From: Nemertoderma westbladi
Lineage: Eukaryota > Animalia > Xenacoelomorpha
Direction: 5' to 3'
DNA: 49,797 nucleotides
Assembly (NCBI GenBank): GCA_032718475.1
Contig: JAUCBJ010006634.1
Coordinates: forward strand, 1-49,797
The notes beneath the pieces are model-generated. The model ran no database searches and was not told the DNA's origin. It saw only the letters and a program-made list of their open reading frames with translations. Below, in pieces: positions 1-13,000 of the stretch (positions within the stretch are counted from its first letter, which is position 1; every line of letters begins with the position of its first letter). A program made the translations under genes and the position numbers.

Positions 1-3000
1 GCTCGCCCCAAAGAGAAAAGGACTCTTGCTAGCTTTAAAAAACTGCGTAAACGCTGTCCGCGCAAGAAAGACTAACTGTTTAGAGTATTTTTATATTTTA
101 GAAACTGTGATTTTGTATATTTTATAGACTTAAATCCCATTTTCTGGGAGCGGTGTAAAAGCTTTTGTGGGATAACTGATACGTTTGCCTTTGCTGGCCA
201 GTTCCCCCCCGGTCGCTAGAATACTCTAAAAGGGATTTATAACTAAAATAGTGCAAGCTACCAGCTTATTGGCTGATGTGCTGTATGGAGGTATCTGGGC
301 TCAGTTTAATCGGCCAACCAGCTTAGGGAGGTTGCCTCAGCCCTGCTGTCCATATCGGCCAATAGAATTTGAGTGGGCGTTGATTTCGACCTATCCCAGA
401 GCTACTGAACTGAATTTCCTATCTCTATGCTCATCCTCTGTGTTGGACGGGAGCTTCGTGGAATAAGGGTAGTTGGTATCCTCGTATAGTGATTCTAGTC
501 ATATGATTCTTCATATGATTCTGTTGTTGTGTTCCCATTTTTCGCCATAACACCGGCTTTTGGGAAGAACTCCAGTAAAACTGCTTAAATTATCGAAAGT
601 ATAACTGTTACCTCACTTAACTAACGAACTTAACTAGTCTCAATCACTTAATTTAACTGCACTAATCATATTGTTTGTACTGTTATTTACCGTCAGTTAT
701 TAATTGTATCTATTTGTTGATGAAATATTGTATGATGATTATATATGAGAATACGGATAAATCACCCAAATTTCCCAATTTTCTTGATACACTACAGGTT
801 AGAGAGACAGGCTATATATATAACAATTGCGATTTATATTAATGTGGTGTGTATTGAATCTAATGTTATTTAGCAGACCCTACATGAGTCAATTGCTGCT
901 CTCTTTATGTGTGATCAAATATACTGACGGTCGGCAGAATAGTGTGCATGATTGTGATTGGTAACAAAGTATTTCCTAAAGAATACGCCTTATACTTTAA
1001 TCATAAGCGGTATCGTTGCGTTTAGTATAAGTCCTAGTTCTGTTTAAATAGATAGAGCGCCACGTCCTAAAGGAACTGTTAATATTTCCCGAAAGCCAAT
1101 AATATCTGTCAGAAATTAATTATTAACGATCTATCGAATAATACAGTAGGTTTACACTGCAACCTTACACTGCAATAATAAAATTTAAGCATCCGAATTC
1201 AGCCTCCCGGGTGTAGATCCATCGGGTGAATGATCGCGCATGGGCTGACTTCGGCTAATGTTTTGTGTATTAGCATAAAATATTGTCGTATGCTAAAGGT
1301 GTTTTAATTAACTAAAAGACATATAAATTTTGGCAGGTTAAACTGCTAAAGGTCTTCAAAAGCGCGAACAGCTGCAATACAGCAATACTCCGATATTGCA
1401 ATGCAATAGGTTTATAGGGCTGAGTGGTTCAATACTATTTGCATACCGGTCAGGCAAACTGCGAGTTTATAATTGTGAATTGATTCATTTTATCAATATT
1501 ATTTTCATCATCATGAATTTAATTAATTGTAGTGCTAAAATACGCGCAAGACACTCTGTTTTCACATGTGATGAAATGATTGAGATTAAATGTAAATTTG
1601 AATGGATCCAAAATCACCCTCCATAGAAAACAATATAAGAAATTGTCTGAGCACTGTGTAGTGACGTCAAATATGTAGAAGCTAATCACAGCCGATTTTC
1701 AAAATCCTTTTGACTTCCCGTGCTTACTTAAACCAACCATTTCGAACGTTTACTAGTTTGACTAGAACTAGTTTAACTAGAACTAGTTTGGTATTTTATT
1801 GTAAAAATTTTATTTAAATTAATACATAATAATTTCAAATTTTATGTTATGTATCAAATTTATTTCTAGGAAATTTATTAACCCTTACAGTAAGTTTAAA
1901 GTTCGCCGAGAAATGTTTTAAAATAATATTGTTATACTAATACTATCACTAATCGAATAAAGTATATATTTATAATACCACACAATATACTAGAAAGCCA
2001 GCAAGCTGGCTATAAACGAACCTGCCCCTCAAACCAGTACCATGAGTGAGCGAAAATGAAAACACGACAATTGCCATCAACTCAACGATAGAAACACCAG
2101 CTCTGCTGGTACATGTGGGCCTAGTAAGCTACTACTATTTATTGAATGGATAGCCCAAACTGCAGAGAAGTATATTACTTGCCAAATTTATTACTATCTC
2201 ACTCTAACCCAGACAGTAATCAAACATCAACTATATGTTTGTATAATGTATTACCACACCAGATGAATAGCTCTTCCCAGTGAATCATCTCAGTGCTATG
2301 TTATGTGGGAGGGAGTTGATGATAATGAATGAGGAGGGACCCAACTAACACTACGTTTGTCTATGGAGGGTCTCCTTACAGCCAGATGGCTGGCTTTTCT
2401 AGTTGAGTCATATTATTCCACAACTAAATAATTTACTCTTTTAGACGAATTTGTGCGTTTTTTTGCCAGACTAACAAATTTTGGCGACGTTCTGTGCGAG
2501 ATTGGCGATATTTGAAAAGATTCTGAGGCTCAAATATGTTGCTCAGATGACTGAATATCTCAAATAAAAAAGTTGGTGCATACTCGATGAGTTGAAATCG
2601 GTGAAATTCGACTTTAAATTTTCAAAACCGCTATTTTTCAGTGACCCCGTGATCGAAACGCCACAAAAAATATACAGTCTTGTGCGCAACCAAAATTTAT
2701 GGAGAGTTAGTTATTAAAATATTTGCATACCTGCTTGAGTTTTTGAGATATTGGATGGTTATACATACACACACACACAACCACATCGTGTTTTTAAATG
2801 GCTCAACTCCTGACAAGAACTACCCAGGCCTATTAATAGGCAGGTTCGTTATTAATACTTTCACACAATATCCGATAGAATATATTATTCCTTCAGTAGA
2901 TAATAATCCAATACCAGATAATATTAATAGGTAGTTCCGTGCCGAGGTCACTGTTCTAATCATATTGTCAATATAGGTGGGGTAAAGACCAATACTAGTG

Positions 3001-3519
3001 ACATATAAAATAAATAAGGTTGTTGCGATATTTCGGCCAACAGGCTATTATTCAAGCAACTAGACTGTACTACCACACTACTGAAACTATACGCACTACT
3101 TCCTATGAACTACTGCTATACTGATTATTGCACAAATTGATATACTGTAGGTATTCAGATGGCACGGTCTATTATTTCTTAAATATTATTGTGGTTTTAT
3201 ATTATAATTTGCCGCAATGACTCAGCTCTAGGATTACTAACTATCACTTTATAAAGAATAGTAAGTTACAGGAGCCCTTAAAAAAAACTAGAATCACTAC
3301 TGTATTTCCTGATTGGTTTTAAACTGGGTATCTATCAACGCCATCAGCTGGTTTCAAAATGCCATATTGCAGCTTAAAAATACAAGAGTAACTATTTCAG
3401 GAGCCATTAAAACAACTTTAAACACGTTCGTGGGGCCTTCGCGCAGCACGGGGCTCAGTTTTGAGATACAGATTAATATTGAGCGATTCTGAGCCAATGA
3501 ACAGAGGAGCGTTTGGGCT

Positions 3520-3790
3520 CCCTCTAGTGATTCTGACAGTACCCCTAACTCAGGATTTCCTCTAATTCTTGTGCCAGTATTCACCCCATCATCATTATGA
3601 TGATCTAAGGACATGCGTATAACATAGTCAACCACAATTACGAGTATAAAGGGTGCAAGTGTGTCACCATGAAGGACTCCCCATAAGACTTCGAATGGAT
3701 CTGTGTCGCCACCATCATCAGCAGGAGACACTAATGTGGTGGAACCATCGTACAGTGATCGGATAACTACAATAATTTCCTCTGGCTGGT
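3520..3790 (-). pseudogene. Degenerate RTE-clade LINE reverse transcriptase fragment
   Basis: GDTDPFEVLWGVLHGDTLAPFILVIVVDYVIR resembles the RTE GVLQGDTLAP(F/Y)LFIIVLDY motif. Confidence 0.75.
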
Positions 3791-6700
3791 TTTAACACAT
3801 GAGAGGAACATTCTCCGCCTAATAATGATAATTATGGAGTGAGGAGGTCGAGCCGTACCGGCCGACTGCAGGAGCCCAAAATGGATGGATGATGTTACAC
3901 AACACGAGTGAAACATAAGGGCAGTAAGTTGGACTGGGTAAGCCACAAGGGGAGGGGGGTCTCATTAGGTTAATGTACACAATTCTATTAGGTTAACTGG
4001 TGCTTTAACTATTTTTCCTGTACTTGGTGTTCGGGCCAAATTGAACCGGGATACCCCATCATAATAACCACACAGGCAGCACGGAAGTGCAAAGGAGGGA
4101 GAGTGTAGATATATTTGGTATCAGCGCTCATCGTTTTGACTTAGGTTTGGGTCTCATTGGGATACTAACATTCATTTCACTTCATCTTTATTTATTTTGA
4201 CCTTTTAGCAGGGATTCCTCACCAACTGGCGTTTCCTTGTTGAGCTTTATATAGACCGGTTTAATGTTTTGTTTTCTTTCGAAACTGATACGTATTGCGA
4301 TATTTTGATTCGTATTCAACAGTGGATATTATGTTAATAAATCTTCAATGTGCTTTAGCGAAATCTTTTTAGCCAATTCTTAGCTTTTGAGTTGTAAAAA
4401 TTTAGTTGCTATAGCGCCGCCGTTGAGTAAAGTTTCTATCGAGTTTGAAAGTTTGTATAGCCAAAAAGGGCTGCATTATAAGATTTATAAGAAATTAAGA
4501 ATTTATATTTCGGTCGAAATTGTTGCGATAAATTTAGTGTAAATCTACCAGACAGCCATCTAATTCTCTAATACAACATTCAGGAACATCACTTTCATCA
4601 CCGCAACCAATCCGGGATCTGGGGACGTTTGACTTGGTACGCAAGTGAACTGATCATTCACGAGGTTGGGACGTGGGACGGCGTCGTTAGCATCAATCAC
4701 AGGTTGGTCGTAGTGTCGATAGGATTGTGCTTGTGGGATCTAGAGTTTATTTGTGGCTGTTTGAAGGTTTGTTAAAATACTTATGCACAGTATTTGTGGC
4801 ACTTGTGCATACAAAATAAATTTGGTGTTGTAATTTTTTAAGTACAATTTTAAATTACTTTCCTTTGTTGTATCTTATTGTCCCACCATCCAGGGTCTCA
4901 AAGTCGAGCCAAGGATATATTTTATGAAATAAAATAAATATAAGAAAATTAGAAATTAATTGAGTTGTGAAAGTTTGTTTTATTTGGATTCACATTTAAA
5001 TTGGTGTAATAATTTGTAAACTATTACAACAAGCAAGGAATTTCGTTAAATTGAATTAAAATTTAAATTAAAAAATTTTAATCAATATAAAAGCTAAAAT
5101 CCCGAAAATGAGTCAAACAACAAATACCGACGTTCCGGTAAAAGAACAATGTGAGACTGCTGACGAGTCCAGTTAGCAATTAAACGTCACCACACCTGAC
5201 GTAATTGAGACTATTAGTGTCCCTACCACACAGACAGTAGGTATTGTCCCTGCTTCTAGGTTTATAGTTCAGGGTGCTGCTCGACACCCTCACAATCCGC
5301 ACTGGACATCTCAAACATGTAATTTTTTGGTGATGGGTACGAAATATGGTGCTAGAACCAAAATTTACCATATTACACCGAAAAATACGAGTAGCAATGC
5401 TCTGGAAAATGAGAAATGTTTCCATTAGAATCAGCGCCCCAGAAAACCTAAAAATGGGAGTTTATAGAATCGTATTAGTGAATAAATAATTTTGTGTTCA
5501 AACTGAAAAGTGCCATACAGCCATTCTAAAACAGCCATTTATACTAATCAGATTATTTTTAAATATTTTACATTGAATTTTACGCACCAGAAAACCCGTA
5601 TTGAAAATTGTATTAAAACAATTAGCAGAATATTGTACTTGGAGTACAATATAAACACCATACTAACCATAAACACCACCTGCAAAATAACCACCCCAGT
5701 ACTTTTTTTTTAATTTTATTTTTCACCAGGTATTCACTTTTCGGCCGAAATTTTATTGAAGTTTTATATATGAAGAATTTATATTTTTTACATTTATTCT
5801 TATTGGGTGTAGAGAAATTATAGAATTGTATACTAATTTGTTTATTGTTTTGGTTAGATTTAGCCTTTTGAAACCTAGGTTATTGGTGAAAACCTGGTAT
5901 TCTTCAATAATGGGGTAAAATGCAAAGTAAAATATTACATCAGAGAGTATAATAAAGTATACATACATACATAAATAAACCACATACATGCATCATTCAA
6001 ACTTCACAGCACTCCCCCCCCCCCCCCCCCCCCCCCAGTTCGCGGTCATCTATGTTAATTATCATTTTATCTTCATATCAAGACCAGTCGGTGTTTTCAT
6101 GAATGTCTACAGCTTCCCACCGCGATTCCTCCCAATACCCGACTGCTATCGAACAAACACTTCGCGCTCAGGATGATCAGTCCTATGGAGGAAGTTGCCG
6201 GCATGACTCCTCCGTTGTTCCCGCAGGGTGCAGCACCGGCTATTATACTGATACCCGGAATAATCTTACATTCAGACAAGATTTGATTCCAGGTGATTCC
6301 CATACTGATAAAAGTATTTAAAAGGTTAAAAAGACAATAAAGGTTGATATCTCCTTATGATGGACAGGACGGAGGTCAATACTTCCATATGGACTGGGTC
6401 GAGGTATATATTGTGAAAATTAATTCAGTTATAATGTGATAAATTAATTTATACATAAATCACTGCTATAAACAATATTATAAATAAATTTCCAGCACAG
6501 AAGGGCAACTGGGCAAAAGTTATTGTTGGTAGATAAACCTGTAACAACTATAATAGATCTTCATAATGAAATCAGCTCTATTATTTGTCTCACGTAAGTG
6601 CCGATTGATACAATACTTATAATAACCACAAAACGAACTGTTATATAATTAATAAATATATATACCGGTTATATTATTGTGATAATATAATAAAAAAAAT

Positions 6701-6876
6701 ATGTTGAAACAATGTAATAAATTACTAAAATGACACGGATATGTCAACAATGTCTAATAAATAATGAAGTCGCATTAAAATAAACATTATATCCCAACCG
6801 GCCAAACGGCAACCAGAAAGTTAAACCTTTTGTATGTGAATCTCCAAAGAATGCAATAAAGTGGCACATATATTCC

Positions 6877-7082
6877 CTACATGCACTTCCGTAGTAGAGC
6901 TTTACAGCCCTCCTCCTCCCAGTCTTTCTTACTGATCCACATTTTTTTGAAGGTATCGAGACTCGCCAATATGGATCCGCCGATCCAGGTAGAGTAGATC
7001 CGTTCCTGGGGTGCCGAGATCCGGATCTTTACGTCTTTGGAGGAGATCTTCTTAACTTCGTGCAGCAATCGGTCGCCGAATC
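6877..7082 (-). CDS. ACTR1: Arp1 terminal coding exon 5
   Basis: CAG|GA TTC GGC acceptor; FGDRLL...[22 protein letters not shown]...RKCM-TAG. Confidence 0.92.
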
Positions 7083-10000
7083 CTGCGAGAGCATAAAAAA
7101 CAGGCAAAACAATAAATTGAGAGAATAAATCGAGAGTTCCCGAAGGATATTATTTATTCCAATAAATCGAGAGTTCCCGAAGGATATTATTATTCCAATA
7201 AATCGAGAGTTCCCGAAGGATATTATTTATTCCAATAAATCGAGAGTTCCCGAAGGATATTAGTTATTCCAATAAATCGAGAGTTCCCGAAGGATATTAT
7301 TTATTCCAATAAATCGAGAGTTCCCGAAGGATATTATTTATTCCAATAAATTAAATAGATTTTAGTTTTAAGTAACTCAAACCTATTAGACGAATGTAAA
7401 TGTTACTAATTAAATAAAATATGAAATCTAAATATCAATTAACAGGTGCAAAATAAATATTTTAATTCAACTGTGGAAATATTATTTAACTCTGTAGGAT
7501 CCAAAACGTTGATCCAAAAAAGGCTCCTGCGCATTTTTGCAAAAAATTTTCAGACGATTTATTTACAATGACAAAGGTATTCTAAACATGTGTACCAAAT
7601 TTTAACGCATTTCAGTACAAATTAGCGCAGAAATAACGTCATTCTGAGCTAAAGGTGTTTAAAGTTTAAAGAACAATTCAAACCTTCCCGCTATTTTAGA
7701 TAATACCATTTTTATTTGTTCAACAATTAATACCTTTGTTCAACCTTTCCAAAAATATAACAAATAAAACAATTTTTTAGAAATTTTATTCATATCTGTA
7801 CCTTGCGGGAAATATGAGAAAAACTATAGGGCAAAACAATACAATAGGATGTATCCTTAGCTTTTAAAGCGGCATATGCAAGATGGTGACTTATATTCCC
7901 AATTAAAGGGTTTAAGAGTTCAGTACGGTAATAGTAGTATCAAGTATAGTTATTAATTATATTTATCAGTAATTGGTAATGATTATTATCAGTAAGATAA
8001 TTTCTTTCATATAATTAATTATTGGCTCCATTCAATTCGCTGAATCAGTTACTCTGTTATAAAGTCATAGAATTCTGACATCACCTGGTTATCAATATAG
8101 TTTCCACTGCCTTCAGCCCGGACATTAATATTCCTACATCTCATGTGGAACCATCCTATCACCAACCTCCATGACCTCTCTAACATCAAAGCTGCCAACC
8201 ACCTCCACTACAACCATATCCAATGCAGAATTACCCACCTCGATATCCTCTCAAACATCTGCCCGATTATTCACAATACTGTCACCTATATCCTCGACCT
8301 ACTCAAATACTGAGGACCCCTTAAACAACTCGGCCCTTTCATTACAAAACCCAGTATCCCCAAATTTTTCGTTTTGAGAAAAACGCAAAAGACTTTGGAC
8401 CTTCTGCGATTGATGATCATAGCTATGAAAGGAACCTAAAATTTGTCAGAACCAAGGGACTCCATTGGTTAATTTAGCCAACCAATAAAAAACAGGAATC
8501 TATTTACCAGAATTTAATTATTACTCATGAAATGAGGCATAGTCGTTGATACTGGGTTTGGTATGAAAGTTTTTGGAGATATCCAAAACCCAGTATCTCC
8601 AAAACGTCCAAAAAACTTATTGGCAAACCTTTGTTTCAATTAATTCAAGTCTTTTATTACCAATTATTATTCTCGAACCGTTTTAAGACATTGTTCATCC
8701 ATACAAGCTGTTGTATTCACTTCGGTACTTACATGATGCACCCCCACGAGGTGTTGTTTTCCCTTCGGTACATGATGCACCCCCACAAGGTGTTTTTTCC
8801 TTTCGGTACATGATGCACGCCCACGAAGTTAGGACAATTCCGACCCGGACAAATCCGATCCATTCAAAGGGTCTAATGAAATTTTCATGGGTCGGAATTG
8901 TCCGGGTCGGAATTGTCCGTACACCCACGCCCACAATGTGTTTTTTTCCCTTCGGTTCATGATGCACCCCCACAAGGTGTTGTTTTCCCTTCGGTACATG
9001 ATGCAACCTCGGACCCACAAGGTTGTTTTCCATTGCAAAAAAACATCGTACAACAGAAATAGAATATCATCCAACGTAATATATGGTTTATTGTTCAAAA
9101 TAGCGATGGGGGGGGGGGGGGGGGGGGGGGTAATCAGAAGAATGACAGACACTACATCATGAATACACACGCCCCACCTATAAAAAATTAGGGGGTGGGG
9201 GTGATAAACTACTGTATGTAAACCAAGGACCGGACCCGGTACAAGGTTCCCAGTAGGTGACAAAAATAAATTCACCATCATATGTGAAATATATTAGATG
9301 TTGTTTGTTGTTGTTGTGGTATATATATATAACATAAGAAAGATACTGTGTTTTGAATTATAAAATAGACAATATATTCATTGCAAAACCCAGTATCTCC
9401 ATCAGTATTAATTTTTAGAACTGTCACAAGACTTTAGGCAACACATTATTGATGTTCCCATTATCAATGAATTTCCACAAAAACTTGCCAGTACCTCGTT
9501 AAGCTATTGGTTAAATTACCCACGTAGTCAAAAATATGAATTTGTTTTCCGAAACTGAGTAATTGCTCATAAAATGGGGCATTAGTCAGATTTTGACATT
9601 CGACATTAGTCAGGTGCAGAACAGTTTCCTGATTCGAATGATATATAAAACTCATTTTTTGAAAAATTTGAGATACTGGGTTTTGCAATGAAAGGGCCGA
9701 TCTGTCCAATCACCCATCTCGTCGGCCACTAAACTATTACCTAAATCCGAACTTCTCCAGCTACTGTACCATTACTACAACAAGCCCCTATGACTTCTCC
9801 CCATCTCCAACAAGATCTCTTGAGCTAACAAGTTTTCGCAACTCGATACCAACTTTTGCTCTATCTAGAATCTAGATGCAATTGAACTCTGGCTTACATT
9901 CATTTGTTTTTTCTCCTGTAATTTTTATCATTGCTTTAAATGCTTTATTCTCTTGTTTAACATACCCGTAATAACAACCGCAGTCTTTCAGTTTATTTAT

Positions 10001-13000
10001 GTTCTTATTTACCCGCTCCCTAGTCTAGGGGCGGGGTTTTTCTGCAACTGATTCAGAGACATCGATTACCACATCCAATAAACGAATCTGACTAAGATAA
10101 ACCGCTAAACGTATTTCAATTAATAGTATAAAAGTGCAGAAGTAATGTAAGTCAGTACATGTTATGTTAGACCAAATCCGAAATTAATAGTAAAAACTAA
10201 AAATCCAGTAAAATAGAACTCCTCCTATACACTGGGATGTCAGTAGTAAGAATGTATGAGGCGCGTAGGCATTCTAATAGTGTCACTATCAGTGATGCAT
10301 TATTGTATTTCGGGATGAAATACCGTTACAGAAGGGACTGTCATATCTGTAACGCAATGCACTGTAGTAACGGTGAGGTGTTACAGATATATGGTTGACA
10401 AAACACTTAAATAACTATCATTAATTTTAATATACGTGTTTGTTAAGAGCAAATTAACTCTTGTGGTTATTGCGGTATAAAATCAAATTGCATTTCCACA
10501 CGTAACGTCATCATATTTGTGTTACAAACGTAGTAAATATTGTTAAAATATATGGCTCATTAGGAGCGTTACGGATGTGGGTGGACGATTATGCTTCGAC
10601 GCTACTAGAAACCACGCAGATTATAAATTTATCAAAACTGTAAATCAGCGGTTGCGATTACAGATTCTAGACATAAATGTTACCGGTGTTACATAAAAAT
10701 TAAAAAACCCAAAACAATTTTATGCGTCGATCGCAAATGGTACAACATGTAAAGTATAGAAACTTATTAGTTTACCAACAATAAAAATGTTGCCTATAAA
10801 TTTACTGCTCGGCGTGATAAAATTTAAAGTCGTTTGTTGCCAAACATGATTGACCTCTGACCCCGCCAAAAGTCTATAAAAGGCGGCGTTTCCGCCATTT
10901 TTACTCGGTGTGTTTCTGGCATTCTCGCTCGGCTAAGTTAGTCTTGGGACTAACTAGCCGAGGCGCAGGCCGCCAGATCTTTCTCGGAGTGCTGTGGCTC
11001 TATAGTTAGGTATTTATATCGGATAGAGTTCTTGGCTAATCGACAAGTATCGCTAGTATCGCTAATCTCATATGAACAAACGGGACCACCACTACTGCAC
11101 TGCTTGGACATAGAGATATAGCCGAGTGTTGCTAAGAACCAAGCTCCAATAGCGTGGAAGCTGCACAAGTATTTTAAAAACAGCTGTTGACTAGAGTTTT
11201 GTTAAAAATACTAAATTAGACGTTATCGTTGTCTAATTCTACCGGAAATAAAGTTTGAAAGCTGATTGATTATATTCGGCAGCTCCAAACCAAAACCCAG
11301 TAAATACATTTTCTGACTTTTCGAGATAATCGTGGTTAAAGTTTTTGGACTTTAAACAGCTGGCATTTGGTTGAAATTTAATTTGATGAGTTATAATTTT
11401 GTGTACCTTTAAAAATTGTACATATTAGTGCCAAATTTTTTTTTAAATTTATTCCTTACTTTTCATATAAATCGACTTACACGGTTTTGGTGTGGTAGAT
11501 AAGAAAACAATTGTGATTTTTGATGCATCAATACCCAGTAACGTCATGATTCCCATTTAAAATCACAATAACTAATTTGCCCGCACCAAAACCCAGTAAA
11601 CTAACATTTAACTTTTCCAATCAGTTACCTATCCAATGCCAAAACCAAGTAACTGACAAGCCAGTAACCCAGTAACTCTGACTTCCGTCGCCAACGGTTA
11701 GCGAAAACAAAGAGGCAACATTCTAGAATATAATATTCTAGAACATTTAATTATTTGTCTACGTCTGTTGCGTTGCCGGAGTTACTGGGTTTTGTTTTGG
11801 TTTGGCATAGTATCTGCATTCGGGAAATCCCACGTCAAAACCCAGTATCTCAAACTCAGTAACCCAGTAACTCTGTTTACTGGGTTTTGACGTGGTAAAT
11901 CTGACATTGACAATATACATACTGGGTTTTGACTTAGACAATTTGTTTTTCGGAAACGATACTAGATTTAGTTCAGAAAATACCAGGTGGAAACCCAGTA
12001 AAGAATTAAGTGCAGTTACTGGGTTTTGGCGTAGGATATTTGAGCACATACTGGGTTTTGATGGAGTAACTTTTTCAAAATAACACCAGAACGGATACAC
12101 GACCAGTAACTAGCATTACTGTGTTTAGACGTGGTATTTGCTCTAAATTAGCTAATTAGTTAATTAATTAATTGTTAATACTGCGAAATCGGGTAGTGCT
12201 ATGGTTTCGTCAGATGAATTCTACGTCCCCAAAAACTCCAAAAAAATATAATTCTAAAAAAATTGACATACTGGGTTTTGGTTTGGAGCTGCCGTATTAT
12301 TCAAGGGGATTTTGTAGCGGGAAAAAGCCGGACTTCGACACGCGAGAATATCAATTATAAACCGTTTGGGAGCTGCGGCGCTGAGGGCGTGAGAAATCCT
12401 TTACAGTTCCTGAACAGATTCGGGTAATTTTTATTGGTTAAACTGCGGGAATAAATTACCTACAAAATAATAAGTAACTTTATTATATTCTAATAAATTA
12501 TTATTAAAGCATTTAAAATTAGATATTAAGATTAACTTCCCGACAAGTCCTTGGACACTTGAATTAGCCATGTACTAATACACTGCCACCCCCCAAAACA
12601 AAAAGATAATGAACGGTTAGCTATATGTGTAAAATAAACGAACCTTTAAACAATGTCGACCCTCCAGACAATACGATGTTGCTGTAGAGCACACGTCTGA
12701 GGTCCATGTCTGACTTGTGGATACTGTAGGTGAGAACCTGGTGGATTCCATCGTACTCCTCGCCGTTGAGATACGGACGGAAGAGAAGTTCGGGAGCGCG
12801 GAAACGCGAAGCTGCCACGTCGATAGAACTACCGTCTGGGAGCTAGGGAGGAGGAGGGAATTCCACACATTTAAGCAACCTACACATTATAACTGCCGTT
12901 AATTTGGACATGTTCAACACATTGAGATATAATATTGGGAATTATATTACCTACAACTGCAGACTGCACTTACCTGGTAAGTATATTTGTCTACAAAGTC

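Larger units (their letters stand above)
8331..9699. mobile_element. Non-autonomous TIR DNA element (possibly Sola-like)
   Basis: ~40-bp TIR CGGCCCTTTCATT(A/G)CAAAACCCAGTATC...AAATTTTTC; imperfect 4-bp flanks AACT/ATCT; internal AAAACCCAGTA motifs. Confidence 0.75.

Noticed and set aside
1-560. LTR fragment and 71-aa ORF at the window start
   Set aside because: The composition is suggestive but there is no second copy, PBS/PPT or protein motif.
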